A stretch of 64,000 nucleotides of DNA from Bordetella parapertussis (GTDB taxonomy: Bacteria > Pseudomonadota > Gammaproteobacteria > Burkholderiales > JACQAP01). The notes under the pieces are model-generated. The model saw only the letters and a list, made by a program, of their open reading frames with translations. It was not told where the DNA came from and did no database searches. Numbering within the stretch: position 1 is the stretch's first letter; the number at the start of each line of letters is the position of its first letter. Below, piece by piece: positions 59,446 through 64,000 of the stretch. The stretch covers positions 7,639 to 71,638 of the forward strand of contig CAMDKM010000003.1 in NCBI GenBank assembly GCA_945900965.1, written 5' to 3'. The position numbers and the translations under genes are program-made.

Positions 59446-60532
59446 TCGCTGGCTGATCTATCTAACCAGGCACATCGATCGCTATTTGCTGAGCCTGGTG
59501 GCGATATTGCTGCTGATCGGATTGATTACGCTTTACAGCGCCTCGGGCGGCAGTCTGGAACGCGTCGGCGCACAAATGCTCAATATTCTGGTTGCGCTCA
59601 CGGCCATGTGGATTGCGGCAAGTGTCCCCTTGCACTATCTGTCGCGGATCGCACTGCCCCTGTACGTGATTGGCGTCTTGTTATTGCTGGGGGTGACTCT
59701 GGGGGGGGAAGTTGTGAATGGCGCCCGGCGCTGGTTAAATCTGGGTATTACGCGAATCCAGCCCTCCGAGATGATGAAAATCGCCGTGCCGCTGATGCTT
59801 GCATGGTATTTCGATCGCTATGAGGCCATTCTGAAGTTCCGCGATTTCGTCATTGGTGGCGCGCTCTTGCTGGTGCCGGTGGGACTGATAGCGAGCCAGC
59901 CGGATTTGGGTACTGCCCTGCTGGTCTCCGCAGCGGGCTTCTATGTACTGTTCCTCGCCGGGCTGTCCTGGAGAATCCTGACCGGAATGATTGTTATCGG
60001 CGCCGCGAGTCTGCCCTTTGCCTGGTCGATGTTGCACGGCTACCAGAAGCAGCGGATTCTGACCCTGCTTGACCCGTCACAAGACCCACTGGGCGCGGGG
60101 TATCACACGATTCAGTCCACCATCGCGCTGGGCTCCGGCGGCATCGTCGGCAAAGGTTGGTTGAACGGCACGCAGGGTCAACTCGATTTCCTCCCCGAGC
60201 GCACCACAGATTTTATTTTTGCGGTGTACGCCGAGGAATTCGGTCTGATTGGAAACGCGCTGTTGCTGTTCCTGTTTCTGCTGGTGATTGGCCGCGGTCT
60301 GGTGATATCCGCCAACGCACCGACTCTATTTACGCGCCTGCTCGCCGGCGCCGTGACGTTGACGTTTTTCACCTATGCTTTTGTCAACATGGGAATGGTC
60401 TGCGGCATATTGCCGGTGGTGGGTGTCCCCCTGCCGCTGATCAGTTATGGCGGCACGTCTTTGGTGACGCTGCTGTTTGGCGTCGGCTTGTTGATGAGCA
60501 TTCATACCCATCGAAGATTGGTGCAGTCATGA
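59438..60532 (+). CDS. rodA: Peptidoglycan glycosyltransferase RodA (SEDS family)
   Basis: Ten-TM SEDS protein. QPSEMMKIAVPL, PERTTDFIFAV, PLISYGGTS. Confidence 0.93.
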   Translation: MINRWLIYLTRHIDRYLLSLVAILLLIGLITLYSASGGSLERVGAQMLNILVALTAMWIAASVPLHYLSRIALPLYVIGVLLLLGVTLGGEVVNGARRWLNLGITRIQPSEMMKIAVPLMLAWYFDRYEAILKFRDFVIGGALLLVPVGLIASQPDLGTALLVSAAGFYVLFLAGLSWRILTGMIVIGAASLPFAWSMLHGYQKQRILTLLDPSQDPLGAGYHTIQSTIALGSGGIVGKGWLNGTQGQLDFLPERTTDFIFAVYAEEFGLIGNALLLFLFLLVIGRGLVISANAPTLFTRLLAGAVTLTFFTYAFVNMGMVCGILPVVGVPLPLISYGGTSLVTLLFGVGLLMSIHTHRRLVQS

Positions 60533-61395
60533 TGGCGGGACGAGGGGTGAGGGACGAGGGGCGAGGAATCAAGCGGGTATCTGTTCTGGCATTGATCATC
60601 GTCGCGCTGTTGGCGCTTGCGGGGTGCGGCGGTGCGCCGTCAAAGCCGGGGGGCTATTATCTGGATGATGGGCCCGGGCCAAATCCGCCGACTGATCTGG
60701 ATGCCATTCCCGAACCGGTGCCGACGAGCGAGCCCATCAATCCCAACACCAGTCGCCCTTACACTGTTCTCGGGCGTCGATATATACCACTCCCACAGGC
60801 GCATCCCTACAAGCAGCGTGGCGTGGCAAGCTGGTACGGAAAGCGCTACCACGGCCAGAAAACTTCCACGGGAGAAATCTACGACATGTATGCGATGAGT
60901 GCCGCCCACACGGTGTTGCCATTGCCGAGTTACGCCCGAGTTACCAATGTGGCCACCGGCAAGTCGGTGGTGGTTCGGATCAACGACCGCGGCCCGTTTC
61001 ACGACGAGCGTCTGATCGATCTGTCATACGCCGCCGCTCATAGAATAGGAATCATCGGCACCGGCAGCGCGCTCGTGGAAGTCGAAACCCTTTTGCCGGG
61101 CGCTGCCGGTGCCGCTCCGCAATCTTCACCCGCCACCTCGCTTGATGTGGCGGAACCTGTCCCGCAAGGCGGTGTTTTCGTGCAGCTCGGCGCGTTCACG
61201 ATCACCGATAATGCCGAGGCCTTCGTCGAGCGCCTGCGCCGCGAGCAGACATGGCTGGCGGCATCGCTGCGTGTGGTCCACGGCGAAAACGTCCACAAGG
61301 TGCAATCCGGACCTTATGCCACGCGCCAGGAAGCCATGGCGATCATCGAACGCGCCAGACAGGCTGGCATGGAAGCCTTCACCATCGATCCCTGA
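60529..61395 (+). CDS. rlpA: Septal-ring lytic transglycosylase RlpA (lipoprotein with DPBB and SPOR domains)
   Basis: Lipobox LALAGC. DPBB motif GVASWYGKRYHGQKTSTGEIYDMYAMSAAH..VRINDRGPF. C-terminal SPOR region VFVQLGAF..HKVQSGPY. ATGA overlap with rodA. Confidence 0.9.
   Translation: MMAGRGVRDEGRGIKRVSVLALIIVALLALAGCGGAPSKPGGYYLDDGPGPNPPTDLDAIPEPVPTSEPINPNTSRPYTVLGRRYIPLPQAHPYKQRGVASWYGKRYHGQKTSTGEIYDMYAMSAAHTVLPLPSYARVTNVATGKSVVVRINDRGPFHDERLIDLSYAAAHRIGIIGTGSALVEVETLLPGAAGAAPQSSPATSLDVAEPVPQGGVFVQLGAFTITDNAEAFVERLRREQTWLAASLRVVHGENVHKVQSGPYATRQEAMAIIERARQAGMEAFTIDP
60537..60566. repeat. Heptamer array (GGGACGA/GGGGTGA)n at the 5' end of rlpA
   Basis: GGGACGAGGGGTGAGGGACGAGGGGCGAGG, translated as GRGVRDEGRG directly after the start codon. 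Confidence 0.85.
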
Positions 61396-61412
61396 GAGCA
61401 CTCGACAGCCCC

Positions 61413-62345
61413 ATGCGTACCCTGATCTGCGGTTCAATCGCCTACGACACCATCATGGTGTTTCGCGATCGCTTCAAGAATCATATTCTGGCCGACCAAC
61501 TGCATATATTAAACGTTGCCTTTCTGGTGCCTGACATGCGCCGCGAATTCGGCGGCTGCGCTGGCAATATTGCGTATAGCTTGAAAATGCTGGGAGGCGA
61601 TCCGCTGATCATGGCAGCGGTGGGAGAGGACTGGCAGCCCTATGCCTACCGCATGGATAAATTGCGGCTATCGCAGGCGCATGTCAGGACAATTCCCGAT
61701 GCTTTTACCGCTCAGGCCTTTATTACCACCGACCTGGATGACAACCAGATCACCGCATTCCATCCGGGGGCGATGAATTTTTCCCATCAAAATCACGTCA
61801 CCGATGCCAAGGATGTGGGCCTGGGCATCGTGGCGCCGGATGGCCGGGAGGGCATGTTGCAGCATGCCCGGGAATTCGATGAGGCGGGCATTGCCTTCGT
61901 GTTCGATCCCGGACAAGGCCTGCCCATGTTCAACGGCGAAGAACTGCGCGGCTTTATTGATCGGGCAAGTTATGTGGCGGTCAATGACTACGAAGCGAAA
62001 CTGCTGCAGGAGCGCTGTGGCATGACGGTCGAAGAAATTTCCAAACAGGTGAAAGCCGTCGTTGTGACTCAAGGCGCACAAGGCTCGCTTATCGTGGTGA
62101 ACGGGAAAAGCGAAGTTATTCCCAGTGTCAAACCGGCGCAGGTGCTGGACCCAACCGGGTGTGGAGACGCCTACCGGGCCGGGTTGCTCTACGGCATCGC
62201 CAACAATCTGGACTGGGCGACCACCGGCCGCCTGGCCTCGTTGCTGGGCTCGCTGAAAATCGCCCAGCGGGGGGCGCAAAATCATCTATTCACTCGCGAC
62301 GAACTCGAAACCCGGTTTAAGGACGCATTTGACCGGGAAATGTGA
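61413..62345 (+). CDS. PfkB-family carbohydrate/nucleoside kinase (adenosine kinase-like)
   Basis: MRTLICGSIAYDTIM..EFGGCAGNIAY and the C-terminal DPTGCGDAYRAG motif. Confidence 0.85.
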   Translation: MRTLICGSIAYDTIMVFRDRFKNHILADQLHILNVAFLVPDMRREFGGCAGNIAYSLKMLGGDPLIMAAVGEDWQPYAYRMDKLRLSQAHVRTIPDAFTAQAFITTDLDDNQITAFHPGAMNFSHQNHVTDAKDVGLGIVAPDGREGMLQHAREFDEAGIAFVFDPGQGLPMFNGEELRGFIDRASYVAVNDYEAKLLQERCGMTVEEISKQVKAVVVTQGAQGSLIVVNGKSEVIPSVKPAQVLDPTGCGDAYRAGLLYGIANNLDWATTGRLASLLGSLKIAQRGAQNHLFTRDELETRFKDAFDREM

Positions 62346-63120
62346 ACGGGCAGCGCGGTATCCGAACGACCGAACTCCCGCTGTTATTCGGCTGTATCGC
62401 ACCTTCCGCCTGCTTCTGACTTTGGTGTCCGGTGTCGCGTTAGTGGCGATGCTTTTTCCCTTGCATAGCCCTGCGCGGCGCAAGCTTGCGATTGGCCGGT
62501 GGTCGGCGCGTGTGCTGGCCGCGCTCAATATCGAGACCCGCATCCGGGGGGCGCTACCAGATGTCAGGCGGCCCGCGGTATTGATTGCCAACCATGTTTC
62601 CTGGCTGGACATTCAGCTCATCCATGCTGTCTGGCAAGTGCGGTTTGTCGCCAAGTCCGAAGTGCGCCGCTGGCCGGTGATCGGATGGCTCGCGGCCCGC
62701 AGCGGAACCCTGTTCATCCAACGCGGCCGCAGCCGGCATGCGGCGCGAATCAATCGCGCAATCCATGTGGTCTTCGAGGCAGGTGACGCGATCGGGATTT
62801 TCCCGGAGGGCACCACGTCCGACGGCACCCAGGTCAATCGATTTCATGCCTCGCTGCTGCAACCGGCGATTGATGAAAAGGCGCTCATTTTTCCTGTGGC
62901 GGTGCGTTATCTGGATCGGCACAAGCGGATCAACATCAATGCCAGTTACGTCGGTGACACCTCCTTGCTGGACTCGATGCGCACCATACTTGCCGAACCC
63001 AAGATCGTCGCGGAGCTGATTTTTCTGCCGGCGATTGATACCGAGGGCAAAAGTCGCCGCGACCTGGCGGCGGAGACGCGCGCCGCTATTGTCGCAGCGC
63101 TGGACTTTCCGGCACCCTGA
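62329..63120 (+). CDS. Lysophospholipid (1-acyl-sn-glycerol-3-phosphate) acyltransferase family protein
   Basis: HX4D motif NHVSWLDI and the FPEGTTSDG motif. The start codon is uncertain (TTG 62329). Confidence 0.8.
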   Translation: MTGKCERAARYPNDRTPAVIRLYRTFRLLLTLVSGVALVAMLFPLHSPARRKLAIGRWSARVLAALNIETRIRGALPDVRRPAVLIANHVSWLDIQLIHAVWQVRFVAKSEVRRWPVIGWLAARSGTLFIQRGRSRHAARINRAIHVVFEAGDAIGIFPEGTTSDGTQVNRFHASLLQPAIDEKALIFPVAVRYLDRHKRININASYVGDTSLLDSMRTILAEPKIVAELIFLPAIDTEGKSRRDLAAETRAAIVAALDFPAP

Positions 63121-63135
63121 GATGGACGGGATGGC

Positions 63136-63939
63136 TCAGGTCGTGCAGGCAACCTGAAAAATCCTTCGGTCCTCCAGGCGCACTGCCGACAATTCTCTTC
63201 CCCAGAAGCAGCCGGAATCGAGCGCCAGCAGGTTTTCTTCGGCTCGTAGCCCCAGTGCCGACCAATGACCACAGACGATAGTGACGTTGCTGCTGCGGCG
63301 ACCAGGAATCGCAAACCAGGGCAGGTAACTTTCCGGGATATCGCTCAGTTCGCCCTTGTGGCTGAATTCCATTTGACCATCGGCGGTGCAGATGCGCAGC
63401 CGAGTCATGGCGTTGACGATTACCCTGAGGCGATTATTCCCGGTCAGCTCATCGCTCCAGCGATCGGGTTGATTGCCGTACAGATTTTCCATCAAAGCCG
63501 GGTAACGCGGGCCACGCAAGGCTTGTTCGACTTCCCCGGCCAATTCCAGCGCTCGTTCCACGTCCCACGCCGGCAATAAACCGGCATGCACCATTACATA
63601 ATCATCGTCCAAGTGTATCAACGGCCGTTGCCGCAGCCATTCCAGCAGGGGTTCGCGATCGGGTGCGGAAAGTATCTCATCCAGGGTGTCGCCCTTGTGT
63701 TGCTGCGAAAACCGCAGGGCAACTTTCAGCAAATGCAGGTCGTGATTACCGAGCACACAGACGGCCCGGTCTCCCAGCGATTTCACGAAACGCAAAACGG
63801 CCAGCGAGTGAGGGCCACGGTTAACCAGATCCCCTACAAACCACAGGCGATCTCGCGCTGGGTTAAAAGCAATTTGGTTCAGCAGGCGTTCAAGAGCGGA
63901 AAAACAGCCTTGCAAATCGCCGATCGCATAGGTTGCCAT
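63136..63939 (-). CDS. apaH: Bis(5'-nucleosyl)-tetraphosphatase, symmetrical (ApaH)
   Basis: MATYAIGDLQGCFSALERLL, GDLVNRGP, GNHD. Confidence 0.92.
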   Translation of the reverse strand: MATYAIGDLQGCFSALERLLNQIAFNPARDRLWFVGDLVNRGPHSLAVLRFVKSLGDRAVCVLGNHDLHLLKVALRFSQQHKGDTLDEILSAPDREPLLEWLRQRPLIHLDDDYVMVHAGLLPAWDVERALELAGEVEQALRGPRYPALMENLYGNQPDRWSDELTGNNRLRVIVNAMTRLRICTADGQMEFSHKGELSDIPESYLPWFAIPGRRSSNVTIVCGHWSALGLRAEENLLALDSGCFWGRELSAVRLEDRRIFQVACTT

Positions 63940-63978
63940 GATTCGGAAGAATTATCCGGCGCAGGATCGACCGCCAAT

Positions 63979-64000
63979 AAAAAAGGCGCAGTCGCCCGCG
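63979..64000 (-). terminator. Possible Rho-independent terminator of a gene to the right (cut by the window edge)
   Basis: On the minus strand, a GC-rich segment (GGCGACTGCGCC) is followed by TTTTTT (plus-strand A-run 63979-63984). The stem is incomplete at the window end. Confidence 0.25.

Noticed and set aside
60157-60528. 5' extension of the rlpA ORF overlapping rodA in another frame
   Set aside because: RodA coding is unambiguous there. The RlpA lipoprotein signal begins after ATG 60529, which overlaps the rodA stop.

Overview
This is a GC-rich proteobacterial chromosomal segment. The gene order (gatCAB next to mreBCD-mrdA-rodA-rlpA, polA/thrB, zapA-6S RNA) suggests a beta-proteobacterium, but that is inference only. 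All calls below were made by eye; no searches or computations were run.

nt 1-6100 is a tightly packed, co-directional defence island: hsdS (5' end cut by the window), a membrane-anchored HerA/DUF87-type ATPase, hsdM, a GIY-YIG/DUF4357-like nuclease, and a PUA-like/HNH endonuclease. Its right half is visibly AT-richer than the rest of the window. On the right it is bounded by a small SAM-methyltransferase gene and two foldback MITE-like repeats. No hsdR, integrase or transposase is visible. The polytopic-membrane HerA-like ATPase wedged between hsdS and hsdM is my best candidate for an undescribed defence component.

The remaining ~57 kb is mostly housekeeping:
- a peptide-type ABC importer, an M20 peptidase, and a fused MdcD/MdcE-like carboxyltransferase next to matB
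- an EVE protein, 6S RNA, zapA, and a cobalamin riboswitch with a TonB-dependent receptor
- ydcSTUV-patD, msbA, polA, thrB, uvrD, leuS-lptE, metXW, ampG, xth/pyrE
- gatCAB, mreBCD-mrdA-rodA-rlpA, and apaH

Two repeat systems form a second layer of structure:
- A family of ~150-300 bp foldback elements has arms made of tandem 9-nt units. The unit differs between copies (CACAGAG, CACGGAG, CGCAAAG), but the two arms of any one copy are always reverse complements. These elements abut stop codons.
- GAGGGGC-type heptamer arrays lie inside coding sequence (polA linker, lptE and rlpA signal peptides, gatB 5' end). They contain no stop codon in any of the six frames and match G-quadruplex motifs.
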